Source: Promethearchaeota archaeon (GTDB lineage: Archaea; Asgardarchaeota; Lokiarchaeia; Sigyniarchaeales; SOKP01). From it: a stretch of 25,867 nt of DNA. Of this stretch, positions 16,528 through 25,329 are shown piece after piece. Made by a program: the position numbers and the translations under genes. The stretch is taken from the NCBI GenBank assembly GCA_016839585.1, contig JAEOTZ010000085.1, positions 1-25,867 on the forward strand, read 5' to 3'. Under the pieces are notes generated by a model. It did no database searches. It was not told where the DNA came from and saw nothing but the letters and a program-made list of their open reading frames with translations. Position 1 is the first letter of the stretch, and each line of letters opens with the position of its first letter.

Positions 16528-17568
16528 TTACTTTCCGTCAAAAATTTCTTCTTGATTTTTTTTTAATTTTAATAGTTGCTCACGAATAACAGTATCATAT
16601 CCCAATTTTCCACTAGTTTTAGGTAAATCTTTCAAAGCTTTTTTATAAGCTATTAAGGCCAGTTTTTTATATTTCTCTCTATCCCAATAACTCCCTAAAG
16701 AATCGAAGACCTCACCAATTCGAGACCAATTGTTTAATAATTCATATAAAAGGTTAACTCCTTTTTTATAATTAATAAAAAAATGATTTTTTCTCCAAAT
16801 ACGGAATTGTTTGGTGGGAAAAACCTTATAAGCATCCAATAATAATTCCCAGCATTCAGGATCATTATAAAACTGGAATATAACATATAAAAACTGTGAA
16901 TTATATTTTAAATTTAAATAAATGTTATCGATGAAAATAAACTCTTTAAGATCTTCCAAATTGATCTCTCTCTGATAAAAAGTAAGTTCATTTAAATATT
17001 CCTCAACAATTATTTCAATCTCTTCTTCATTCAAATACTTTAAATATCCAATTACTATCAGATATTTACCAGCAAAGGGTCTATCCAATAATCTTTTTGC
17101 AATTTCTTCCTTGAAAACTTTTTTAGCAATAGGGTCTCCTACTTTAGTTAGTTCTTCTAATAATGGAAAAGATAAACTACTATGGAGAAGCCTTGTATCA
17201 TAATTATTTTCTGCCCATGCTTGAAGATTTGAGCAATGTGCCCAGAATTCTGTTTCAGGGTCAATATTAAATTCATAAATTGGGTATTGTTCTAAAGATC
17301 GATCTAATCTCTCTGCTACCTCATCAATAGATTTAATATCGTCAAAAGAACTAATATCAGCAACTGGGATATTTAACATTAAAAATTTGCATTGTCGAAA
17401 TCTTTTCTTGTTTATATAGATATATGTACGATCAAAAAGCTTACAAACAGTAATGAACTCATTTATTTCAAATGTTTTTATCTTCGGGTCAATTCGAGCA
17501 ATATGCTTGCCAAAATTGTTTTTAAAACACTCTTTTATTTTTCGGTCATTGTGATTCATCTTAATCAA
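16528..17568 (-). CDS. Hypothetical protein with a conserved EFWxHCSNLQAW domain and a helical/TPR-like C-terminus
   Basis: 346-aa ORF containing CKFLMLNIP..SIDEVAE..PETEFWAHCSNLQAWAENNYDTRLLHSSLSFPLLEELTKVGDPIAKKVFKEEIAKRL. I recall this domain from an expanded lokiarchaeal family often fused to LRRs (unverified). C-terminal ALIAYKKAL is TPR-like. The start may be the ATG three codons in. Confidence 0.8.
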   Translation of the reverse strand: MIKMNHNDRKIKECFKNNFGKHIARIDPKIKTFEINEFITVCKLFDRTYIYINKKRFRQCKFLMLNIPVADISSFDDIKSIDEVAERLDRSLEQYPIYEFNIDPETEFWAHCSNLQAWAENNYDTRLLHSSLSFPLLEELTKVGDPIAKKVFKEEIAKRLLDRPFAGKYLIVIGYLKYLNEEEIEIIVEEYLNELTFYQREINLEDLKEFIFIDNIYLNLKYNSQFLYVIFQFYNDPECWELLLDAYKVFPTKQFRIWRKNHFFINYKKGVNLLYELLNNWSRIGEVFDSLGSYWDREKYKKLALIAYKKALKDLPKTSGKLGYDTVIREQLLKLKKNQEEIFDGK

Positions 17569-18179
17569 TATAAAATAATCTCTTTATATTTAAACAAAAA
17601 AATGAAAATCACCAATTATCTTCTTTATCATTTTTCATTTATAAAGACAAAAATCCGCTTGAATGAAAATTTTTTCTTTAAATAATACTATTTGTTATGT
17701 AAATTTACTAATTCGGTTGTATTTTTTATCTATTATATCTTAGGTAATATAACATTATAAACATTACTGCTAGAATAAGATAAGATGATCATATCTCTCC
17801 AATATCATATATAAAGAAAAAATCTTAACACAATAACTTGTTTCTCATATTTAAAGAAAAAATTTGTTAATAATTTTCAAGTTAATTTCAAAACTAAATA
17901 ATCGTGAATACTCAAGGACTTAAAATAATTTATAATTTTGAGCATCCTATGCAATAATAAGACAGATATTAAAGAAAAGAAACTTGAAGAACTGTTTCAC
18001 GATTAACCAGTTAAAAATAATAACTTTTTTTTGCTAAAACACATCAAAATAGCTTTCTACACTTAATTTAAATTTTAGGAGAGATTACGACTAATTTCCA
18101 AAAAAAAACAAAAATCTACAATAGTTTAACACTTAAAAATAATTGTTTAACAATTTGTTTAACAAAATAAGAAAAAAAA

Positions 18180-18506
18180 TTAATAATCCTCTTCTAATAT
18201 TTTCTTACAATTCTCACAGATAGGGTCTGCTTCTTTTGTAAACATAATTCTATTACAAATTCCACAATTCCTAATATTTTTTATAGCTCTCTTAAATCCT
18301 TCTATTTCTTCAACTGTAGGTTCATATATAGCTTCTTTATAATCTTCACATACAGTTCTTTTATAACAATCTCTACTTGGGTCTATTTTACATTCTCTCT
18401 GAATAAGGATACTATTAGGTGTTCTACTTTCTTTAATATAAAAACTTCTTGTTTCAGTTTTCTGAAATTCACAACTATAACATAAAGGGAATTTTTTTGA
18501 TGTCAC
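18180..18506 (-). CDS. Small Cys-rich putative zinc-binding protein
   Basis: 108 aa with 9 Cys: CYSC..C..C..C and CGIC..CENC. Purine-rich SD-like GGGTGAGGAAAGAGAG precedes the GTG. Confidence 0.7.
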   Translation of the reverse strand: MTSKKFPLCYSCEFQKTETRSFYIKESRTPNSILIQRECKIDPSRDCYKRTVCEDYKEAIYEPTVEEIEGFKRAIKNIRNCGICNRIMFTKEADPICENCKKILEEDY

Positions 18507-18628
18507 CTCTCTTTCCTCACCCCCTTATCTGTAATTTAAATCAGTAGTAAATTTTTATTCAGCTATAATAATAAAATTAATTTTATGAGCTTTATAAAAT
18601 ATATCAAAAATAAAAAATAGGAAAAAAA

Positions 18629-19096
18629 TTATTTAGATTTTAGGTTAAATCCTTTAACTCCCTTATCTTTCTGCTTAGGTATAGTTTTTAAATCTGTTGA
18701 TGTTTTAGAGATTGATTCAGTTAGCAAATCCAAGTCAATATCTTTATTCTCAACAATAAATTCAAAAGCCCTTTTATTTTTTGAGAATAGTTCGTTTATT
18801 ATATTGTAAAGCCCTAAGACATGAGGTACTTTCTCAATGATTTCTTCCATTTTTTCAGTTTTTCCGTTTAATTCATTAAGTACTTGTCTTAATTCTTTAT
18901 TTTCCTTTTCGAGAGTATAGATTTTATCTACTTTTTCTTTATATCCATTGACCTTTAAGCTAACTTCTTTCAGATTACCGATTAAGACTAAAGATTCAAT
19001 TTTCTCAATGTAATTTTTGATGATTCTTTCTAAATAATTTGTTATGTAATATTGGTCAACAACGCCTTTTATTTCCAAATTTCCAATTACTTCCAA
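18629..19096 (-). CDS. Hypothetical coiled-coil protein
   Basis: 155-aa ORF with heptad-like LEKENKELRQVLNELNGKTEKMEEII. TTG start is uncertain. Confidence 0.6.
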   Translation of the reverse strand: MEVIGNLEIKGVVDQYYITNYLERIIKNYIEKIESLVLIGNLKEVSLKVNGYKEKVDKIYTLEKENKELRQVLNELNGKTEKMEEIIEKVPHVLGLYNIINELFSKNKRAFEFIVENKDIDLDLLTESISKTSTDLKTIPKQKDKGVKGFNLKSK

Positions 19097-19155
19097 ATTT
19101 CAACTGCACATTTTGCTTTAAAAAAATAAATTTCTTTCATATTCTTAAGAAAGGG

Positions 19156-19277
19156 TGACTCCTGCCAACGAGACGCAAAAGCGCGTCTGAAAGATACAAT
19201 AGGGGGAGGAGGGCGAAATCAGAGTGTAAAGACTTACACTACCAAAAGACAAAAATCCAGGGTGTAGGCAGGAGTCA
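19156..19277. ncRNA. Candidate structured ncRNA, copy 1 (unknown family)
   Basis: GC-rich island in AT-rich intergenic DNA. 11-bp closing stem TGACTCCTGCC/GGCAGGAGTCA, hairpins AGACGC/GCGTCT (19171-19188) and AGTGTAA/TTACACT (19223-19240). The core is repeated at 23924-24016. Confidence 0.72.
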
Positions 19278-19783
19278 TGGTTTTTCTATAGAGATAATTC
19301 AGAAATAATTGAGACATTTATTTAATTTTAAATCTTGCGTAAATATATGATTTAGGGTTTATATAATTATTCGTATTTGAATTGGTATTTGATTTAAAGT
19401 ACCTCTAATTGAAGATTTTTCACGGATGTCATATGAATAAATCGAAAGGTCAATCTTAAATTTAATAAGGATTCGATTCTGAATAATAATTTATAAACTT
19501 GCACCACAGTAACCTACTATATAGCTCTGAATATTATTTAAAACAATATCAGATAGCATAAAATTACATAAACTGAGATAGAAATCTTTATTTAATATTA
19601 ACCTAATTATTCGAAGGAAATGTGGAGAGATTCTTAATAGCGAATAGAGAAATTTCGGGAAGAACAGAGAAAAACCCATATTTTCTCATAGAAAGCAGTG
19701 ATAATAACTAATACATGAAAAACATCAATGGTGGGTTAAATAAAATAAAATTAAATATTTACAAATAATATTATAATTAAGAC

Positions 19784-20791
19784 ATGAAATCATTTAGTAA
19801 TAACATTCTTCAAGATATATATATTCGAGACTTAAAAATTAATGATGCAGTACTTATAATAGATTTAATTATATCTGAATATGGTGAGAATTATTGTGAT
19901 AAAGAATTTTATGATATTAATGTTTTAAAATATTATTTATTGAAAATCTCTGAAAAAAAAGAAGGTATTTGGAAAGGAGCCTTTTTTAAAAATCAACTAA
20001 TTGGTCAAATGTTCGTAATTATTAGACATAATACCTTTTTCGTTAAATTGACGATTTTGAAGAATGAGTTTAGAAATAGGGGCATTATTAATAGATTAGG
20101 TAATGAAATGGTTAGATCTCATTATGACTTTAAAAATTCAAAAATAAGATGTTGTTATGCTTTTGTTGATAGAAATAATCAATCAATTTTATACATATTA
20201 AAAAAATTTAGATTTTATAGTGTTGGCTCTACACCCTATCATGAAAGTGATAAAAATTATATTATATTTGCGAGAATTCTATTTGATTTCAAACAAAAAT
20301 TAATTTCACCTTATTCAAAATTAATTGGAAAAATAAAAAAAACTATTTGTGAAACTAATATACTTAGAAGTTTTAAGATAGAAAAATCTCAAGATATGCA
20401 TGTATTAAATAGAAATAATAATGATATAAAGATAATAAAATTAAAACAAAATTTTCCTTTTAAATATCAAATTTTAATTAATAATAAGCTATGTGCTGAA
20501 TTTATTGAAAATGAATATAATAAATCTTGGTATGATTTTCAATTTTTTTATAATCTAACTTTAAAATCAAAGTATTCTATTTTAACAACAATAGTAGATT
20601 TTTTTAAAAATACAAAAGGAATCAATGCATTATCTATTCCTACACACGTAAATGATAATACTCTTCAAAAATATCTTATAAAAGAAAATTTAAATTATTA
20701 TGCTTTTTTGCCATTTTATTATGGACAAGAAGATGCAATTTTATTAGGGTTATCTAAGATAAAATTAAAAAAAACTAAAGCTATTTCATGA
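19784..20791 (+). CDS. GNAT-family N-acetyltransferase with a degenerate second domain
   Basis: IYIRDLKINDA, LIGQM, TILKNEFRNRGII (motif A) and N..ILYILKKFRFYSVG. Overlaps the next gene by ATGA. Confidence 0.75.
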   Translation: MKSFSNNILQDIYIRDLKINDAVLIIDLIISEYGENYCDKEFYDINVLKYYLLKISEKKEGIWKGAFFKNQLIGQMFVIIRHNTFFVKLTILKNEFRNRGIINRLGNEMVRSHYDFKNSKIRCCYAFVDRNNQSILYILKKFRFYSVGSTPYHESDKNYIIFARILFDFKQKLISPYSKLIGKIKKTICETNILRSFKIEKSQDMHVLNRNNNDIKIIKLKQNFPFKYQILINNKLCAEFIENEYNKSWYDFQFFYNLTLKSKYSILTTIVDFFKNTKGINALSIPTHVNDNTLQKYLIKENLNYYAFLPFYYGQEDAILLGLSKIKLKKTKAIS

Positions 20792-22323
20792 AGCCTAAAA
20801 TCTTGTTTCTAAAAAGTTTAAATCCAGAATTATTATCAACCGAAGCTCTTGCCTTAAAAATATTTAACAATCCTAAGTATGATAAGCATCCTTTAATAAA
20901 TAAAGATTCAATTGAAAGAGCATTTAAAGAATATGATGAAAAATTAAATCCATTAAATCGCGAAATGCTTCCAGCTATGACAGATATAAATCTGAATATC
21001 GAAGGCAACTTTATTTCCAAAAATATTCCTGAAATTCAGAGTGTTGTCATTAATGAAATATGTACTAAACAATTATTATATGAAACTCTAAACAAATATA
21101 GCGATATTACTCATATTGGTCTCAGTGCATATGCATCAGGAATGGATAATACAATTGAAATAATAAAAACTATACAAGAAGAATATTCTCACATAGAATT
21201 ATTAGTTGGGGGTGTTGGAACAGTATATTCACAAATTCAAAATTTGATTCCTCCTAAAAATATATGCATAGGAGAAGGAGTTAATTTTCTTCGCAAAAAA
21301 TTTGACTTGCCATTACTTTCGAGAGGGAATTTTAGAATTCCAAAAATCTTTGGATATCTAAGTAATATTCCTCTTTCCATAAAGACAGCCTACATGATTA
21401 CACAATTAGGCTGCCCCTATAACTGTGATTTTTGCATAACATCAAAATTTTTTGATTATTTTCCTTTCTCTAATTATAAAAAAATTATTAATTTTATTGA
21501 AGAATTAAGCCTAAAATCTCAGAAGGATATATTTATTTATTTATGTGATCCTAATGGATTCAATCCAAAATCACAATGGAAGAAAGTATTTAATTATTTT
21601 ATAGAAAATCCAAAAAGTATAGATAATAATATATTTATAAGTGTTTTAGCCTCTCTTTTTCACATAAATAAATTTCAATTAGAAGAGATTCAAAAAAAAT
21701 CCCCCCTAAAAATATTTTTTATTGGCTATGGAATAGAAAGCACATTGAAGGGAGGATATTTAAAAAATAAAGGAAATTATGCTAAAGTCATTAATAAATT
21801 AAATAAAAACGGGATTATCACTTTTCATACATGTATTATAGGACTTCCTATTCATACAAGAAAAAATATTATTACTGATATTAAAAAAAATTGTAAATTA
21901 AAATCAGATATTATCTCTTTTAATACTTTTAAACCAATTCCTATAACACCTCTCTATAATCAATTAAAATCAGAAGGAAGGATTTATGAAGAAAACTTAC
22001 CTCCAGAATTGTTATATTATGAAGGATTCATGCCTTTTAAGCACCCACATTTAGGCTCTGGATTTGATATATTACCATATGCTTTCAAAGCTTATTATGA
22101 AAGTGAAAAAAAAATAATTGACATATTTAATAACTTAACAAATAAATTTATAGATATTTTCAAAATTACAAATTCAAGAAAAATTGGTCGAGTTTTAAAA
22201 GTATTTATGGAATTAAGTAAAAAAAACTATGATTATTTCTGTCCAAGAATGTCACTTCACTTATCAAAGATATATGCAAAAAGAATGCATAAAACGCTTG
22301 ACAGAATTTCAAGTACATTATAA
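20788..22323 (+). CDS. B12-binding-domain radical SAM protein
   Basis: N-terminal cobalamin-binding-like HIGLSAY...LLVGGVG...IGEG, followed by TQLGCPYNCDFC (CxxxCxxC), IGYGIES, IIGLP and PIPITPLYNQLKSEGRI. Confidence 0.9.
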   Translation: MKPKILFLKSLNPELLSTEALALKIFNNPKYDKHPLINKDSIERAFKEYDEKLNPLNREMLPAMTDINLNIEGNFISKNIPEIQSVVINEICTKQLLYETLNKYSDITHIGLSAYASGMDNTIEIIKTIQEEYSHIELLVGGVGTVYSQIQNLIPPKNICIGEGVNFLRKKFDLPLLSRGNFRIPKIFGYLSNIPLSIKTAYMITQLGCPYNCDFCITSKFFDYFPFSNYKKIINFIEELSLKSQKDIFIYLCDPNGFNPKSQWKKVFNYFIENPKSIDNNIFISVLASLFHINKFQLEEIQKKSPLKIFFIGYGIESTLKGGYLKNKGNYAKVINKLNKNGIITFHTCIIGLPIHTRKNIITDIKKNCKLKSDIISFNTFKPIPITPLYNQLKSEGRIYEENLPPELLYYEGFMPFKHPHLGSGFDILPYAFKAYYESEKKIIDIFNNLTNKFIDIFKITNSRKIGRVLKVFMELSKKNYDYFCPRMSLHLSKIYAKRMHKTLDRISSTL

Positions 22324-22331
22324 AGTAATAT

Positions 22332-23513
22332 CTATTTCTCCAGAAAATATAGATCACCTTTATTAATTACTTTAAAAAATCGTTTAATAATATTTAAGAC
22401 GAATTCCTCTTCTTTATCCTTTTTTTCCATAAAATGCAAAACCAATTCTTTTAATCTTCCATTATTACTATAATTTCTCTTTAATAGTTCCAAGAGTTCG
22501 TTTCTAATGAATTGTTCTTCTTCATTATCATCTTTTTTCGTTATTTTGATGTGAAAAGCAAGATCGATTTCATTTTCAAGAGATATCCAATGCAATTTTT
22601 CAAGAAATTTTAGAAAATTAAGGGGATATTTATCAATTGTTGAATATTGTCTAAAATCATTTAAAATATAATTTATCCAATTATTTAACGAATTTTGAGA
22701 ATTAAAATTTAAAAAAATTTCATTATCTTGCGACATTTTAATCCATAAATAATGATCTTTATCATTTATTATTTTAGAAAAATTTACTAAATGCTTTAAA
22801 TTATGATCTAATAATCTCATCCTTTCTTTTTTAGCAATATCTGAACTCCTAAATAAAAAAGTTTCTTTGAAATCGAATCGTGCATATAAATCCGTCTCAG
22901 AAAACATAAAATCTTCCACTTTTAATCCTAATATACTTAATATTCCTACCATTCCTTTGCAATTCTCAAAGTGGAGGTTTTTGTAAATTCCTATATATTC
23001 TAAAAAGCCTTTAAAAAATTTACTATTTTTTTCTTTGAATAAATCTATTCTTATTTCCTTTGTTAATTTGTTGGATAATAGATATCGTTTAAGTCTTTCT
23101 ATTATTATCTTTATACTATTGAAATCATTCGGATCAACTTCATTAATTACCCAATTCCTAAATTTTAATAATATACTAGGAATCTTATTAATATTTAGGA
23201 TAGAATATTTATTCATTATAATTCCAATATCAAAGAAAGGTATAACTGCTTTGAATGAGATATTATCATAAATATCAGTAATTTCTTTATCTGGAATTAT
23301 TCTAATATCTTCAAGTGATTTTCCTGATGTTAAAATTTCCATGCATTTTTCTAATAAAAAAGAACAAAACACTGATTTATTCTTATATCTTAAATCCTTA
23401 GGATATTTATTTCTATTTTTAGACAAATATCTGTCAATCCATTCATTTAAAGCTATAGATACTGATATTGATAAAGGTTCTTTTTTATTAGATAAGAATT
23501 TTTTAGTAGTCAT
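22332..23513 (-). CDS. Hypothetical protein with N-terminal ribbon-helix-helix-like domain (possible regulator)
   Basis: 393-aa ORF starting KEPLSISVSIALNEWIDRYL...NKSVFCSFLLEK, an alternating beta-strand plus two helices with an N-K-S motif typical of RHH. Convergent with the radical SAM gene, 8-bp gap. Confidence 0.65.
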   Translation of the reverse strand: MTTKKFLSNKKEPLSISVSIALNEWIDRYLSKNRNKYPKDLRYKNKSVFCSFLLEKCMEILTSGKSLEDIRIIPDKEITDIYDNISFKAVIPFFDIGIIMNKYSILNINKIPSILLKFRNWVINEVDPNDFNSIKIIIERLKRYLLSNKLTKEIRIDLFKEKNSKFFKGFLEYIGIYKNLHFENCKGMVGILSILGLKVEDFMFSETDLYARFDFKETFLFRSSDIAKKERMRLLDHNLKHLVNFSKIINDKDHYLWIKMSQDNEIFLNFNSQNSLNNWINYILNDFRQYSTIDKYPLNFLKFLEKLHWISLENEIDLAFHIKITKKDDNEEEQFIRNELLELLKRNYSNNGRLKELVLHFMEKKDKEEEFVLNIIKRFFKVINKGDLYFLEK

Positions 23514-23913
23514 TTTTCACAAAATTATAATGTTAATATCGTATATAATTTAGTATTATCTAAAACTACATAAATATTTTTATTAAAATTTAAAATCAGT
23601 TGTCCATTTTTTCCTTTTCATAGAAAGTTTCTTAATTTTTTTTCTAATATAATACGTATTTATTTATATATAAACTAATCGATCATTAGTCATATAATAA
23701 TACTTAAAAATAAGAGGATTATTAAAGACTCATATTTTTCTTTCAAAAATATGAATTGTTATTAAATATGTAAAATTTTGATTTGACATAAGAAAAAGCT
23801 AAAAATTGAAAAACTATGTTGCGTGTGATAAAAAGAAAAATAGATATAAAAGATAAAGACTCTCATTTCAAATCATTCAAGTAGGAAATCCTACAACATA
23901 TTCATTAAAAGGA

Positions 23914-24033
23914 AGCACCCATCAACAAGACGCAAAAGCGCGTCGGAAAGATACAATAGGGGGAGGAGGGCGAAATCAAAGTGTAAAAGACTACACTTCC
24001 CAAAGACAAAAATCCAAAGTGATGATGGGTGTT
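23914..24033. ncRNA. Candidate structured ncRNA, copy 2 (same family as 19156-19277)
   Basis: Closing stem AGCACCCATCA/TGATGGGTGTT (one G-U on +), hairpins GACGC/GCGTC and AAGTGTA/TACACTT. The 93-nt core has about 7 differences from copy 1. Confidence 0.72.
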
Positions 24034-24255
24034 AAAATATTTTAGGATTATTTTAATTTTTATCTTTAATTTCATATATTATATGATTCGAAAAAGTGTA
24101 ACATTGGGAATAGATAGGTATAAATTCAAGTTTTTCTTAATTTTATGGAAAAGAGATGATTTACATAATTCGCTTAGAAAATAATTTTAGGACCTTTAAA
24201 AAGACATGGGTAGTAAAAAGAATAAAGCTTATCACACTTCTTTAATTTTTATTAT

Positions 24256-24744
24256 TTATACCCAAGGATTTAAAATAATTATTTCATCTTCTTGTGATTC
24301 TTCTCCATAAATTGCATTATATTGAACATTTAGACAAGGATAATTTTTTATTGGGCAGTCTTTATAAATGTTTAGAAACCTAATTGCGTTCTTACTAGAT
24401 TTTTTCTTTCTCTTTAGAAGGAGATTCTCGAATAATTTGACATATTCGGGTTTAGAAAGTTCATCAATAATTATTTTCTGATAATTACCGATGTCATATT
24501 TGTCCTTTTTAAATTCAAGAAATTTATCACATTCTAATTTCAATGTTTCAATCGATTTCTCTGCCTCTGATGGTGTGAGTTCATGAGCTATTATTAAATT
24601 TTGTTCGATATACGGATAATTTTCTTTTATACCATAGCCCGTACTCATTGAAGTCGGATTTAACGCCCATTGCAAAATACTATCCAACATAACGTTATCC
24701 TTTTTATATTTCTTAATTAATTCTTTGATTATTTCTTCCGACAT
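24256..24744 (-). CDS. Hypothetical protein, possibly C-terminally truncated
   Basis: 162-aa ORF with ATG start and genome-typical composition; no recognisable motif. Confidence 0.6.
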   Translation of the reverse strand: MSEEIIKELIKKYKKDNVMLDSILQWALNPTSMSTGYGIKENYPYIEQNLIIAHELTPSEAEKSIETLKLECDKFLEFKKDKYDIGNYQKIIIDELSKPEYVKLFENLLLKRKKKSSKNAIRFLNIYKDCPIKNYPCLNVQYNAIYGEESQEDEIIILNPWV

Positions 24745-25152
24745 TTTAATCTCTTATTCTTTTTAATAAATAATCTTAATTGGATAATCATAAAGAGCAG
24801 TCTCTAGAAAAATTAATTAAATGAAAATTTAACTTATCATTCTATCATGCTCAGCTTTCTTTTCAAGTTCTTGATATATTTTATTTAAGAGTATTGGGTA
24901 TTCCAGAACAGGATAATCCATTTTAGTATGAAATTTATAATTCTAGGCGATTTTTACTAAAATTATTTTATTCTTTTCTTTTTCAAGTTGGGAATTAGAA
25001 TTTAATCCTTTGAATTTTCTAAGAAAAGTTTGATACGAATTACCCCTCTTTTTATCACCATTGGTTTTACTTTAGAATATTAAAATTCTATATGTTATAA
25101 AAGAAATCTATAGAATTACCTATAGATAATAAAATAATTAAATAAGTATAAT

Positions 25153-25299
25153 TTAAATCTTCACTTTCATCTCCAGATGTCTGTTATATCTATTAAGGAT
25201 ATAACCTAAATCAAAACCTAGAAAAGGTTGGACTAAAATCTCTAATGTTCCATGAAAGTTATCTAAATGATCATAGATATATTTCCTCATGTATTTCAT
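25153..25299 (-). CDS. Possible 48-aa small protein (MKYMRKYIYDHLDNFHGTLEILVQPFLGFDLGYILNRYNRHLEMKVKI)
   Basis: Hand-translated ATG-TAA frame 30 bp downstream of the 73-aa ORF on the same strand. Not in the ORF track. Confidence 0.3.
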   Translation of the reverse strand: MKYMRKYIYDHLDNFHGTLEILVQPFLGFDLGYILNRYNRHLEMKVKI

Positions 25300-25329
25300 T
25301 TATCTTTTAGTTAGGAATGGTATTTTATA

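Noticed and set aside
19156-19277. Element as a known riboswitch (c-di-GMP-I GACGCAAA, FMN AGGGCGAAAU, SAM-I CUGAAAGAU), C/D guide or hammerhead
   Set aside because: Only short fragments match and the rest of each consensus is absent. CUGA and UGAUGA boxes are not conserved between the two copies.
19491-19679. 62-aa minus-strand ORF
   Set aside because: F/L/S-rich composition reflects the purine-skewed tract; no SD or motif.
3256-23553. Short antisense ORFs (3256-3615, 6921-7106, 7615-7824, 7977-8174, 9985-10260, 10787-11005, 12830-13051, 17392-17685, 20781-21020, 23035-23271, 23341-23553)
   Set aside because: Shadows of longer, motif-bearing genes on the opposite strand.
23881-23894. GTAGG-AAAT-CCTAC hairpin next to copy 2
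   Set aside because: Only 5 bp and with no counterpart beside copy 1, so not included in the element.
23914-24033. Element as a MITE with terminal inverted repeats
   Set aside because: The terminal arms differ wholly between copies while the interior is conserved, the opposite of MITE behaviour. No target-site duplication or transposase is visible.
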